64,000 bases of DNA from Takakia lepidozioides (taxonomy: Eukaryota > Plantae > Bryophyta), in NCBI GenBank assembly GCA_030704615.1, contig CM060731.1, forward strand, positions 84,072,001 through 84,136,000. The letters are read 5' to 3'. A program made the position numbers and the translations under genes. Position 1 is the stretch's first letter. Each line of letters opens with the position of its first letter. Below, piece after piece: positions 1-14,600 of this stretch. The notes below the pieces were generated by a model that worked only from the letters and a program-made list of their open reading frames with translations, was not told the DNA's origin and ran no database searches.

Positions 1-2840
1 GGTCCAAATGAATTATGTTCGCTCCCAAATTTGGCACGCACGCTGCATATGGCTACATTACACGCCCCATTAAAAAACAGAATGAAAAAAAAAACGTGAG
101 CACGCAAAACACAGTCCAACAGGTCCCAAAGCAATAACAGTGAGGCGTTCATTTGTCATCTAGTTTTTGTTCAATGCGAAAAAAAAAAATCCTGCAATGC
201 GTGCACGGCTATTGCACCCATTGAACGGTTGTGGTTGAAGCCCCTCTTTTGGCCCCATGTGCTAGAACATGTGTGGAGACACATTAGAGGAATAAATCAT
301 TTGCTTCCCCATCGACGTGTTCACCCCTCAAGCTATTCCACAATTTAATTGAATTTAAATTCATTTTAAGCCAATAAATAGGTTTGCACTACCTTTCATT
401 GGGGGTTTTTGGCACGTATCGATTTTGTTTTTGGCTCAATTTTGTTCTGCGGCTTCCTGCATCCTACCACTACTCCCCCGCCAAAATTTGGACCAATAAA
501 AAATGCCCCCCAAAAAATGTGTTCTCTTCGCTCACTATTGCAAAACTTTGTATGAAGACTGCATGAAGTTGAACACAAATCAAGTTTGGAGTGCAAAACG
601 GGCAAGAAACTGTGGTTTTGGGTCCAAATGAATTTTGATCGCTCCCAAATTTGGCACGGACGTTGCATATGGAGTCATTACACGCCCCATTCAAAAATAG
701 AATGAAAAAAAAAAACATGAGCACGCGAAACGCAGTCCAACAGGTCCCAAAGTAATAGTTGATCCAACATAATACATTCAATGGGTGAGCGGATGGTTGC
801 CCATCCAAATCATTTTTGTTTGCTTTCAAACTTTGCCAGTACGTTTGAGACACCCTCTCACAGGTCCCGGACTAATATCACATCAATCGAAATTCATTCG
901 ATGGCTCAACAGATGGTTGGCCATCGAAATGATTTTGGTTCGCTTTGAGACTTGGCCAGTATGTTCAATGTACCATGGAAGAGGCCCCAAAATAATATGA
1001 GATCAACCGAAATTCGTTCAATGGGCCGACGGATGGTTGCCCATCCAAATGATTTTCGTTCACTTTGAGACTTGGCCAGTGTGTTCAATGTACCCTCTGA
1101 TAGGTCCCAGTGTAATATGAGATCAATCGTTAACGATAAAATCATGAATCATCCAACAGGGGAACTGTTGGTTCACCCTTTGAACCATTTAACATTGACA
1201 TCATACTTGTCCAGTAACTTTAAGAGGGCATGTACAAGACACTCGCAAAGTTTCAAATGAATCCAAAATCATTTGGCAGGGGAATGATTGGTTCACCCAT
1301 AGCCAATTTTAGGGGCTGAAATTGCCATTTACGGGGCTCGAATTGCCAATTTCAGGGGCTAGACTTGCAATTTGAGGGGCTGAAACTGCCATTCCAGGGG
1401 CTTCAATTGCCAATTTCAGGGGCTGCACTAGCAATTGCCATTTCACAGGCTACAGTTGCAATTTGATGGGCGGGAATTGTCATTTCAGGGGCTAGAAGTG
1501 CAATTTGAGGGGTTGGAATTGACAATTTCAAGGGCTCAAATTACAATTTGAGGGGCTGGGCCGTTGGGGGGCTAGAATTACCAAAGCAATATAAAATCAT
1601 TTGATAGCGGAATGCTTGGTTCACTCTTTCAACCATTTTTTATTCATGTCATACTTGTCCGGTACTTGTAGGAGGGCATGTGGCTGACACTTCCAAAGCT
1701 TCAAAGCAATGTAAAATCATTTGATAGGGGAACAATTGGTTCACGCTTTCAACCATATTTTACTGACCTCATACTTGTCCGGTACCTTTAAAATGGCATG
1801 TGAAAGACACTTGCAAAGCTTTAAAGCACTCCAAAATCATTTGATATGTTCATGATTGATTCACCATTTCAATCATTTTAGATTGACTTGAACTTGTGAA
1901 AGACCTGTAAGAGAGCATGTACAAGACACTTGTAAAGTTTCAAATCAATTTAAAATCATTTGGTAGGGGGACGATTGGTTCACCCTTTCAACCATTTTAG
2001 ATTGATGTCATACTTCTCAAAGACGTGTAAGAGGGCATGTAGAAGACACTTGCAAAGTTTCGGAGCAATAAAATATCATTTCATCGGGGAAGTTTCCGTT
2101 CACCCTTTCATCCAATTTTGAATTGAACTGGATTTTTACTAAATAAAATGATTTAGAGGGCATAGGATTGTGGGGCGCAATGAGTGTGGGGCGCAATGAT
2201 TTTGTTTTTGGCTTGATTTTGTTCTGTGAGTTGAATCCTCACACCACCACATCCTTGCCAAAAAATGTACCAAAGAAAAATGTTTGGAAAAAAACGTTCA
2301 TCCTTTGCTCTATACTCACTATTGCAAAACTCTCTATGAAGAGTATATGAAGTTGAAGATAACTTCACCTTGGAGTGCAAATGAGGGAATAAAATGTGTT
2401 TTGCATGCAGACGATGTCTGTTCATGGTGATATTTTGCATGCAACTCTTCATGTTGTTATCAAGCATATGGCTTCAGAATGGAATTAAAAACAATTCATG
2501 TGCAAGCGAAAGGTTGTTTCTCCTCATGAATTTGAATAACCCATTCAAACAACTTTGTTGAAGTTCAACTTTGGTCCATATGTGCTTAAGTGCATTTAAA
2601 TCACGTACACAAAGTTGCAAGCGAAGAAATAATCATTTGCCCCCCGAACGACTCGTTAAACTTTTCAACCAATTTTCAATCATGAATCATTTAATAGGGG
2701 AACTATTGGTTCACCCTTAGAACCATTTTAGATTGACCTCATACTTGTCCGGTAACTTAAAGAGGGCATGTACAAGACACTCCCAAAGTTTCAAATCAAT
2801 CTAAAATCATTTGGCAGGGAACGATTGGTTCACCCATTGA
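1..2840. repeat. Composite repeat block: 120-bp tandem arrays in two opposite orientations, a ~21-bp minisatellite and dispersed longer duplications
   Basis: 1-131 recurs at 621-752. (G/A)GATGGTTG occurs at 791/911/1031 (120-bp period). AAAATCATTTG occurs at about 1265, 1593, 1713, 1833, 1952 and 2803 (120-bp period, reverse-complement of the first array). TTGCCAATTTCAGGGGCT units lie at about 1300-1580, and about 420-600 recurs at about 2200-2390. Confidence 0.85.
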
Positions 2841-3659
2841 CCCGGTGTACACTGTCACTCTTCATGATTCGTGGGTGTGGTGCTTGATTATCCCATATGA
2901 TGGACCCAGGTGCCATGGCCAAGTAACAAACCATTAAAACATTATGGTACGAGACAAACACAATTGAAAACAACATTTATTCAAACATGATGTACAGTCA
3001 AAGGTGGTTTATCAGGTGGGCTAGACTAGTCATATGTGTATAAATTTCTAAGTTCTAGGATGAAAACTGCAAACAAAGGCGAATGTTCATCTAGTTTTTC
3101 CATGTCAGTAGGGTTGCGTGAAGAAACGAGAGAAGGTAGCATGCCATGTGATGTTGATGCTCTCAGTCTGACACTGAACATGTTGCTAGGCAGATCGCGT
3201 TATCTGGTATCGTGTTTGCAACGGTGTACTTAGGTTTTTCTGCTCATTGTGGCAACACAAAATGCGTTAGGAACTTCCAATGGAGGCGGGGGGTCAGTTT
3301 GACAGCATAGGCGGCTGTTTTTCTTTATTTATTTGTGTCTAATATAGCGTACCTAAAATTTGCTAGCAGCAGCAAATTATAATTAATATAGCCTGCCAGA
3401 AAATATAGCATTTTATAAATTTATGTAAATATAGGGTGGCAGATAAAGACCAAAATTAAAACAATACCCCCTATAAAATACCTTTTTTTTCCGCACCTGA
3501 TACATAAAAGATATAGGGAGTGACCTCCCCGAGGTCCGGTCTCCTGGCACCAGGTTGCTTTGTGGTTCGTAGGCCCCTCGAAAGTCCAGGGTTCGTACGT
3601 GACAGGGCCCTTTATCTTCCACCTGTCACGTTCTTCCACCTCGTCTAGATACGCCCACA

Positions 3660-3970
3660 CATCCCTTCGTAGGTGGGCGATATCTGCAATAACTAGCCCA
3701 ATGTGATGTCTACCTTACCGTTCATGACCTTCGTAGCCAACTGCTTGGGCTCCGCCGCCAGTTGCTGGGGTCTCCTGTCCAGCTCATCGACCCATCCATT
3801 CTTCGTACTCGTCTCCGGTACATCCATCTCTTCGTCTTCCACTACTGTGGGTAATAGAGTAAACGGTTTCAGTCTCACTTGTTCAGACTGGACCAACTCC
3901 ACCATCTCTTTCCGTAACTTCTCCTCTTCCTCCCAGTGGACTCTCTTCATCTGGGATGGTCGAGAGGTAT
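3660..3970 (-). mobile_element. Ty3/gypsy gag-region remnant
   Basis: ORF 3693..3950 reads ...KVDITLG*LLQISP, resembling the 'ITLGQLLQISP'-type segment upstream of the protease in plant gypsy polyproteins. It has an in-frame stop. Confidence 0.4.
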
Positions 3971-3999
3971 GATGTAGTGACCCGTCTTGTGTCTAAGCA

Positions 4000-4695
4000 A
4001 TGGTCACTGACAATTACTTCACTTCTCCCCAATTGTTGTATGACTTGGCCTTGAAAGGGACCTGGGCCCCTAGGATAGTTTATAGGAAAGGACTGTCTCC
4101 TTCTTTGATATGCTTAAAAAAAACACAACTGCCAAACAAGGGGACACTTGGTTCAGAATGCACAGCACTCGGCAGGTTGCCACATGTCTGTGGTGGGACA
4201 GGAAGGGAGTGTTCATGGTGTCATCAGCAGTTCAGCCAGCATTGGGCCCCAATTCACCCAAGTGAGTGTGAAACAATGCTAGGGTCTTGGCATCCTCTGT
4301 GCCAATGTATGTGCAGTACTAGACCTAGATGCATGTTGCAGACATGCAAGACCAGCTTCAGGGAGCTTATAGCATACAACTCAAAACCCACAAGTGGTAC
4401 TGGAACAAGGTTTTCTCCTTTCTTCTGTATACCACTATGGTGAATACCTACATTTTGCATGCATCCATCATGAAGAGCATGGGCATTTGAGCTATGTCCC
4501 ACTTGGATTTTAGTTTGGCCATGGCTCATTCGCTTACAACTGGTACTTGGGCAACACTGGAAACGAAAAGTGTCTTGGTACAAGGGGCTTCAGATGTGCA
4601 CCAGACCCTTATGTGTGAGCAGTGCCATCGACGGACGCATCACTATTGTCCGCAGTGCCAGGATTCATTCATATGTCTTGGTGCGTGTCAAGGCG
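4000..4695 (+). mobile_element. piggyBac-like (PGBD, DDE_Tnp_1_7) transposase remnant, C-terminal half
   Basis: VTDNYFTSPQLLYDLALKG (DNxFTS motif), WWDRKGVFMVSS, DQLQGAYSIQLKTHKWY..., and a C-terminal Cys-rich CEQCHRRTHHYCPQCQDSFICLGAC. Frameshifted. Confidence 0.8.
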
Positions 4696-5632
4696 GCAGG
4701 CCCATCGTGTTCGGAAAAGTTAGTTTGTCACCTGTGATTTTCTTGTTTGTTGCCTTCATTTCGCTTTGTGGGGTTGTCTGTCTGTGATCTTACCATGGTT
4801 TGACACTTGGTCAGTACCCTTATGTTTGGCTACCCAAATCATGTTCCAAGCATTCCCAAACTGCTCACAGCTTCCAATCAAGTAGCAATTGACATCTGAT
4901 AATGTTGCTCTGCAGGGCACAGGAGCTACATACTTTGTACATAGTGGATACTGTGAAAGAAGATGCTCACCATCTGAATCGACTGGGGAATCCAGGTTTA
5001 CCACAATAGAGCTGTCACAATAATATTATCCTAAAATTTCTTTCTCAAATCTTGCAGAGGTTGCAAGTGGAAGTCTGATGAGTACTCTTCTTCTGTTCGA
5101 GTACATCTGCCCCAGGGACAACAACTGCTATATTTCCAAGGACCTGGCCTACTAAGTGACACAATCTTCTGATGCATAGTTGTTGAATTCTGCAGTAATC
5201 TGAGCATCATCTAATTGTTTTACCTGTACTGTCTCTACAACTGCTGGATGTGGTGTGTCATTACTTCATTCAAGTGAGCACATCACGCACTTGCTTCAAC
5301 TCTCAAAATTCGTAGAACTAACGAAAATGGGGAGAATAATGGCATCGTCAATTGATGTCTTGCAAGAACTAGCCTCTTCAATCATCAGATAAAACTAGGG
5401 TCCTCATATCCAAAGTGGTTGCAAAGTGACTGGTATTCTGCCGCTTCATAAATACTATACACAATATTACATTTTTTTGACAAACTGCTGTAGCTCTCAA
5501 CTTTCTATTCCAAAGGATATCTTCATCTACACGCCTTCAACCATTCATTAAGATAACAGACCTCAGCGGACATCAAACATCCCGGCGGAGTTTGGTGCTA
5601 CAACAATGAAAATAGGATGTGGTTATCAATGT

Positions 5633-8600
5633 TTATCTGACATCATAATTTGTGTCAGAAGTTTGATTTTCGAAGTTAAACCATCCTTCAGCAGTATGCA
5701 CAGCCAGAACCCCAGCACCCTCGTTCCTCTGAAGAAGTATCTCGCCTGTTTGAGCAGGACCTTGTAATACATGTGTCCAGTTGTTCAATTCTTCACCTAA
5801 TCCCACTGTCATTTGCATATCCCCAGATGATATTGACTGAAAACCTGGAGTACTTCCCCAGTTTCCATTGTAGAACCCCTGGATTGAAGAACTTGCAGCT
5901 ACCGATGGCCCTACATTAGACCCTCCACTATAACCTCCATTAGCTATGAGAGAAGGGGCCACACTCAACCCATTAGCCAGTGATCCAGGAGTATCCCTGG
6001 ACTGGTTGGTGGGGAGAGATTGACCTGCCCCTCGTCCAGGTGCAATACTCCCCCTCATCCGTGCAGCAGGCCTCCAGTTCTGTTCAGTTGTTGCATGCAT
6101 CCCAGGTACTTGTCCCCCTATTCCTGAACTGCTACCTGTCCAACCCAAAGGAGACCCACCCCTTGCCCCCTGCAGCTGTTGTGATCCAGCCACACCCTGC
6201 TGTGGCTGGACATATGACAGGTGGCTTCGATTGGTGAGCACCTGCTGTTGTTCTAGACTTTGGCGCTGAAGAGAACCACCGTAAAACTGATGAATGTGCT
6301 GTTGGTGTTGTGTCTGTGGGCCCCGCCGATCCTGCAATGCCTGACCCAGATCCTCCACATTCTGATCAGTCGACAGGGCCCATGTATTAGGAACAACTAG
6401 TCAAGACACAGGGAAAGGGTGAGAGGACGAGCAATGCATACAGAGCTTCTGACTACAAGATCCAGCGGCCATTCCCAGGCCCCCACACAACCAAATGAGT
6501 TGCCCAGTCATGAGTCACCTGTGAGACCCCCATTACTTGCTGAACAATTTGTCGTTGCCAGGTGTGCTGTGAATGGTCTTCCAGCTGAACATCAAGAAAA
6601 ACAACACTGTAAACTATTGTGTGCTTTGCACCCAAAAAGTTGACCCCACAAAAGTAGGTCCAAGACATGTCTGTGCTTCTGAGAGAGGCCTGACTAATGC
6701 CAAATCAGGTATCCTGATGGGAAAGATCACCCAACAGTAGGGTTTTGCAAGGGTCAATCCGCAAGGGAGGACAAGCTTCTAGGGTAAACCTATATAAGAC
6801 AGCATAGAGTCAGGTTTCGAGTTGGCACAGAAATCCTGTCCTGGTACCGTTCAGAGAGAGCAATGCCAGTCCAGATGTCTGAGACAAATGACACCCAGTT
6901 CATCCAATTATGCCCACCCTAATGCAACTTACCCACCTCGAAGACTGTGCTAGAATGAACCCCGTGTGGAACCTGCTGCTGCTGCTGCAAGGAGGGGGTT
7001 TGTCCACCTCCTCCCCTCGGCAATGTACCCACCTCCAAAACTGTGCTAGAATGAACCTCCAGTGGCAGTTGCTGCTGCTGAAGTGCAGCTATGAGTCCAC
7101 TATTGGAAGCCAAGCTGTTCATGGGGCCAGCTGAGCTACCTGAGCGAGGAGAGACATTTCCACGCAAGTGGAAATTATTGTGCTGATTTGGGGCAGGAAG
7201 TGCTTGAACTGCTTGAACCACTGCTGGCTGGAGACTGGGTAGACCACGTCCCTGCCTCTCTAAGGACACTGCCCTGCCACCATTGTTTGGGGGCCCTTCA
7301 CTTAAGGTCAAAAACACACCTGTGTTCCGGTTATTGGGCAATGACCACATAGGTCCAGCTGCACCTAGCGAGGTTTGGATGCCAGTTGCAGTGATGTCTG
7401 GTAGATTGCATGCCTCTGAGGTCCCTGACCAGTTAGGCAGCTCAACACCACCACTTCCTCCCTCTACTCCAGCTGGAGCAGTCACCTCGGTGAAGCTAGG
7501 GCCAGAAAACCCATCTCTGATTCCAGCAGAAGTTTCTGCAGCGTGGTGACTTAACGCACCGGAAGTCCCTAAAGAGGCTTGCATTCCAGACCCATTTACT
7601 GGATCTCTACTCAGAGCAGCCTGCAAGGCCTGGATATCAGGCTTCCTTTCCAGGGGTTCACAGTCCAAGTCCTTGATTCCTTCTCCATTACACAATTCCT
7701 CATGATCATCAACATCGCTTAGATTGATAACTGCTACATCTTCAATCCGACACCCTTCACCTGCTTCAACCCTATCAATATTGCTGGTGATATCATTCCC
7801 AGTTGAGCCCTTATCTTCACGGGAGGCTGCAGGTACCCATGACCCACCTGGAAATATCATCGCTTCTGAGATCTTTTCATCTGCTTCCTGCAATACCTGA
7901 AGACATACCAACAGGTATATGGAATGAAGATCATGCAGATCCAAGCACCTAATAGAAGAACAAGTATCAAAGCTGCTGGGAAGGTGTAGAACATCTGGCC
8001 TGATCAATGACTCTGAACGACTGATGAAGATGAGAACATAAATGACCAATTATCAAGCACCTTTTCCATCTGCCGATCTATCTGAAGAACTGGCCAGCTG
8101 ATACAAGAGTTGCAGCATGGGCAGCGCCATGCAGGCCTCCTCTCATTTATCTCCAGGAAACTCTCATAATCGAAACACTGATACATGCAGGGTCCCACAA
8201 TCACCAGACCCCCATAAGAAATCAAACAGGCATTGCTCATACTCATACAAAAAAATCGCTGGAGTCAACAACAGACAATGTCAGAAATTCAACCAGGGCC
8301 ATTTTTTTTTCCAACTTCACCATCGCAGGTCAATACTATGTGTATGTAGTAGGACAATTAGAATTAAAAAGGTCGAAGACATCAGCAACAACAATACTGA
8401 TGCTAAGACGGGACTAGAACAGCACCCTACTCTGATGTTGAAGCCAATGTCTGTGTAGTTCTTTGGACTTCATGGACTGCAGAAAATCATTATGTGTGCA
8501 TAGTAAGAACTCCTTGCAGACATCAGAAAGTAACGCAACAGATGTTGCTCATGTCCAAGTTGAGACCTCGACTAAGCTTGGCTACATATAGGGTTCTTTG

Positions 8601-11600
8601 AAGCATGTGTAGGCGAGACTTCAATCATATGGTAAGGAGTTTGAGGTAAAGCCGGTGACTGTGGGATGAAGGCCAAACCCCGCGTTAGTCATAGCTTTCT
8701 CGCTTTGTCAGGGAATTTGTCAATTGTAAGACGACACCTTGGTCGGGTTCTGAGTGCAAATTGACCACGTTGATTGTAGCGCGATTGGATTCAGACATTT
8801 CACCTAATTGAGCACGTTGGCATACTTTTTCACCATTCGTTCAATCGGGGCATAGCTCGGTAACTCAATAAATTTGTACCAAATCAAGAGTCAAAGAGAG
8901 GATCACGATATGTCACTTACCTAGCACAAAGCACTCGCGACGGTAAGGAGACATGCAGCGATCATGATTCCATCGCCTCAAAACATACAAATATTACACA
9001 GACATATCACCATCTGGGCCTCACAACCTATCACAGGGCCTTCTGGACTCAGCTTGAGCCATTTGCTTGCCTGCAACTTGTGATGATTTATGCCCTTTTC
9101 CCGATCAAAAGAGGACCCAAGGCAATTCCACATGAAGGCCCCACAAAAGTGGAAGGGCAGTACCTGCAGATGCCTACACGTGGTTGCCTTGACAGGAGTC
9201 ACCATCCGCTGATGACTGCAGACGCAGCCAAACACAAGGATTGCTAAGCATCAGGGAGCCTGTATACACCCCTTCTTTGACCAGTGCATAAAACATAAAG
9301 CGCTGTTCAGAAGGCCATTTAAGGTGAAAGATGACATAGTCCATATGTTCTCTTTTATTGAACTAATTACATTAGTTTGACACAACTACTCTATTGATCA
9401 GTGGTCAGTCCAAGCTCTCCAAAACACACGGACATTTGAGAGGACTTTATTTATGCAATGTGACCTCCTTGTAGCTCATCCCACTCAAATGACCGACATG
9501 TAATAAAAATGACACCATTGCTATTCATTATTACCAGTTCAAGTTCTCAGAACCAAAAGAGCAACAAGGACATTTGAGAGGACATTATTTATGCAATGTG
9601 GCATCCTTGTAGTTCATCCCACTCAAATGTACATGGACTAAAATGACACCATTGCTACTCATGCCTACAGACCTTGACCATGGCTGGAAGATCTGTGCTA
9701 CTTGATCTTAACAATCACTGATACCTTACAGGACACCGCAGAGAAACTCTCGATGGTCCCTCCATCACCTCATCATCTGCTTCGATACCATTTCTCTCTC
9801 CCACAGACTTCATTGTGACAGTCATATGATCCTGGAGGTGACTGTTTGCAGCTGAGATGGAAACCCGAGTTGTAGATGCTACTGCTATGGCATGAGGAAC
9901 TGTGATCACACATTTAGTTAAGGCCCTTGAGGCAGGATTCCAGACTTACCACATGGATCATGAATACCAGATTAGGATTTCCAGAAGATGCATGCAATCT
10001 GCTGATCTAAACATGTGCTCCTTTTCAAAAGTTTCACATTTCATATCGCAGGGCCAAGGGATATGCCTTAAAGAATATTGGGACTTATGTCACTAATTCT
10101 CAGAGGGGGTTACTAAACAACAGAAATATATTCAGCTTTGTTATCATATTGAGCATCATCCCAAGAGAAACTATTGATATTGAACTGATTGTATCCGGGG
10201 AACCCTGAGAACTAGAGGAAACACCAAATTCAGTTTGATTGTTAAATTGAGCATCATCCTAGGAGGAGATTTCATCACATGATGAACAAAGTTATATCTG
10301 ACAGCACAGAATCTTTTCCTGTGCATTCCATAGAAGATCATTGCATTGTTGGAATACTCACCTGAAAATTCACCAATCACTTGGAGTACATTAGCTCCCA
10401 CCTTCACCATATTTGTCACATCGGTGGGCATTTGGGGTCCAGAATCCTGCTCACATGCCCGAGCACTTCCTGAGCGTCATATGTCCCATGAAATTCAAAC
10501 TTCAAAAACCTTTAGATGGTGGCCAGGATATACCACAAGGTTAATTCCACCCTGACAGTGCATGCCATAACAATGCTTTGGCACAGCAAGAGACGTGGCA
10601 TGACAAATCATCTGTAGATTTGCTCAACTCCAAGGTGCACTTCGGTGAGCATCCTTACCACATATCCAACAGTTACCCTCTTATCCACTTGAACGCCATT
10701 TACCAGAAAACTGTGAAGACAAAAAATAGCCCAGCATGAGATGCTAGTACCTAGACTCAACCACTTCGTACATCTTTAGTTTGTGAATTCAGACATCAAA
10801 ACTCGTGGAGATCTAGAATGTCCATAAAGGCATGGTGAGCAGCAGATGGGGGGCGCACTCAAGACTCATACAATGGGGATGCAGCTGAAAGGTCTGCCTG
10901 TAGCACACATAAATACTGATGAAACATGGTGAGTCCTTACTTGACTAGAGATGGTGTCACAAGGCATGCAGAGCTCTCCATGTTATCTCTCCGACCTACA
11001 TACAGCCGCTGCAAGGCCCCCAAAATGCTTTCTTGTGTTGGTTAATGCATTCTCCAAAATTGCCTTCTGAGACTTACCTACAGATGTCACGTAACATTTC
11101 CCACAGTGATTGCATCATATATGTTACTCAGATTTGCTTGGTTGGAAGTGCTACAAACTGAAAAGTCAAAAAACTTTCAATGCATCTCATGCCAGATGAA
11201 CCCTATAAGATTTTAAGGCAAGAAGCAGATTCAAGACATACCACATGCTCATAAAGTGACAAATGTGGCACTTGAAAATCACACACCAGAATTTCATACC
11301 CTTCCTGTGCATGGAAGGAAAGTAGATATCGTGAGTTTCCTATCATGTAATATCCTTCCTTAACCCAAAAGCCTGAAGACGGAACTGTGAAACTCATGTA
11401 ATGGCCTTCTCCCACTTCACAAACCTCCTGTTCCTACAGAACCTGTGGAAAAGGCTGACTAAAACTTTCTTCATATGTTCTTCAGGGTAGAGGTAGGTCC
11501 TGTGTGGAGATGGCACAAGCTTAAGCTAGCAATGACCCATTGTGACAGTTAAACAACCCACAGCAATAGAAGCCCACATCATCTTGCCCTTCCACTCTTC

Positions 11601-14600
11601 TCACGCCAAGAAAAACAGAGGAAACAGATATTGATCTTAACTTGTCGCAACTCCCAAGGAAATTGGCTAAGCAGGCAGAGCTGGATACGGCAGTGTCCAT
11701 GATAGTTCTTATCTGGAAAGTACGGTCAGTCACGTCCTTCAAATTCATTTGACTCATCTTTATTCCGACAAAAAGTTAAATACATGCAAAGTGAACCAGA
11801 GAGGACCTTGGCTTCCAGGTAGACAAAAATGGAGTTGACTCTCAATTGTGGATAATACCTGCACAACCGCAAGATCTTTCTATGAAACCATGAATCATTC
11901 AAACAAAAATAGCTTCACAAATGACGTAAATAATGTGTCTAAATTTTAGTTTGCATGCACTGGCTTTTTATTAAAACCCAGCATACAGATCCAGACATTT
12001 TTCCCCATGAAGATTTGGTAAATTCTAACAGTGGCCTGAAATCTACACCAGTAAAATGCCAGTTAAGGGAAAAATTAGACACCAGCCCAAAAATAGTCTG
12101 GGCAAGTGAGTTGTGACACTGAATCAACAATTGTTATCAGAAAGCAGATACTGTGCCACTACCGGCTAGAGCCAAGCACACAGTCCATACACATAACCTT
12201 GCTCCCATGCCTTTGTTCATTCAATCCCCTCCCATATTCACAATGCTTGTTTACTTAAAGTCAAGACAAGAATGGATGCTTTTACCCTAAGAAAAGCTTA
12301 GGAAAGTTAGCCAAGCGTCAATACACACCGGTGGCTGATGGAGGAAAAGAACTTGGCGGCATCAGCAGTATCTGTCGCTGCTGATCCTCCCATACCATCA
12401 CTATTTGCTGTGAAGGAATCAAAGAGCTTCACCAAACAGCACACATTATGACAGACACTAACATTGGTTTGAACCACTGCAATCTGCCATACCATGAGAT
12501 AATATCACAGCAGATGGTTGACCCAAATAAAAATCTGCCAAACAGCTCATTGTGCAGTACATAAATGTCCAAATGCACTATGTGCCCATCCCTCAGGCAT
12601 CTAAAAATTCAAATCCTTCCAGTATGGTTTACATAGCATTCAAGTTCCCAACAATGAACTCAAGTAAAAATCAAACAAACTAACATCATGACATGCCAGA
12701 ATCTTGTCATCTCTTGGAATGTAAAATGTGGTGTGCTTGTTTCATTGATGACACCTATTGTTGGGAGAAATTTGTCTAGTAGGTGAGAAGCGTGCATATT
12801 AAGGTTACCAATTACTTGGTTAGATGTCTCAGACATCAAATTCTTCCATTTTGCATTGCTTTTATGTGACTTTCAGCCACCTGCAGAGACTGATAAAGGA
12901 TTGGCGCTTAGACAGTGATATCCATCCAATAGGGGCTTAGTTCTCTCATTAGGAGACTGGAGAGGCTTACCTGTCTCAAAGTAGCAAGAACATCCTCTGC
13001 ATCTGAGAGCTGAAACCATCCTGACTGGCATGCACTCTGGCCCATCCCTCAATTAAGTGTTGTGTCACACTCAGAGGTTGCATCCAGTGTCCAAAGGCCA
13101 AAACAAGAAGAATAGTTCACAGTATTCTACCTAGACTGACTTTAAGGGAATACTAGGTGCAAAGTCAATATCTTTAGAGGCGATGTTGGGAAACTTCATT
13201 ACAGTCAGTACCTTGCTGGAACCACACACAACATAGTGTACAGCACACAAATCCACCTGAATGTCTTCAATGGAAAAGAGATGGACACCCGCAGTACCCA
13301 AAAAATTCAAAGGTCGACCATAGGCCAGGGAGATGATAGTTTTGACATTTTGAAAGCAAGCAAAGAATACCTTCACTGATAACAGAAACACCAATAGTGC
13401 CGGTCGTGCCTCTGCTTCATCTTTGTATCTACAAAGCTTCTCCAAGAGTACAACTTGAGGATCAGATACTATCATCCCACTGTCTTGAATATAGCATAAG
13501 TGCTAGTAAAGAAGACTTGTATCTGCACTGGAGGTTAAGTAGGTAAACTGTCCAGCGCAGGTCTGAGCTTTAAAAACCTGGAACAAGAACACTTAAGATG
13601 ACATGAGCACTATAGCCCTGTAAGAGGTTCCAGAGGGAAGTAAGAACTCCTCACAAATTCTCTTACCTCTTCTCTTTTTCCTCTTAGTTTCTCTACTTAA
13701 CAAGGTTCTCACAATCCATAAGCAACCCTGCCCAGTTGTGACCCATCACCCTCACCGAGCCTGCAAGCAATCCAGTCAGAAAGCTTCCTGCTGCGCAGTC
13801 AACGCAGAATCAATCATTGGTGTGAACTAACCAGCTTGCTCAGTGGCAGTATCTCCTGCCTCCAGGAAGGTTTCTGATTGCTCGCCAATGACAAGTCCAG
13901 CATTCTGTACTAACAGCATTCAGCAGGAATCAGAATCTGCAATCTCGAGTTCCCAGAAGAGGTATCCCTACCTTGCCACACCTGTTTGATGGTTTGCAAA
14001 ATGTGATCAAAACTCACATATTTGACAAGGAAGCCACACATTGGGAGTTGGCAGTGGTCCAATCACCCACTGAACCGATGTGATAGAATACATCAATTGC
14101 ACAGTTTGAAACATGGAAGTTTTGGATACTGCTGGACAACCTTCTAGCCCTGAACAGGCGCAGGAGGTGTCAAGACATAAAATGTGTTATTCTGATTGAA
14201 TGGCACATAATGCTACGCTACAACTATTCTGCATCGATCCCCCAAGCAAATTGGGTTATTTTTACGAATTCCTAAGTGACTGCTGATCCTGACAACCTCC
14301 GTTTATCAAGCAAAATACCCCATTGTCAAGGGCGCCGGGGCGTGGCTACATATGCAAGCTGTCTCAGCTCTCGGTGTTCCGAAAATGTTCGGGAACAAAA
14401 CACTCCTTAAATGGCCACAGCCAGGCTCACATACATTCATATAAACGCCAGAAGTAGAAAGGGTACCATACTTGGCGAACATGAGCAGCTGGTTTCCAAG
14501 CTCCTTTGATTCAATCTGCCCGCCTACTCTGATCGTATTCTGGACGGTTACCAGGTGTGCGTGGAAGGCCTGCGCATTCCAAGGCCGTGCACTCTTCCGG

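Noticed and set aside
13700-14150. Candidate PIAL exon 2 (ending ILQTIKQ at 13982, or IDSALTAQ near 13800)
   Set aside because: No acceptor/donor pair gave a clean, phase-compatible, stop-free exon; left unresolved.
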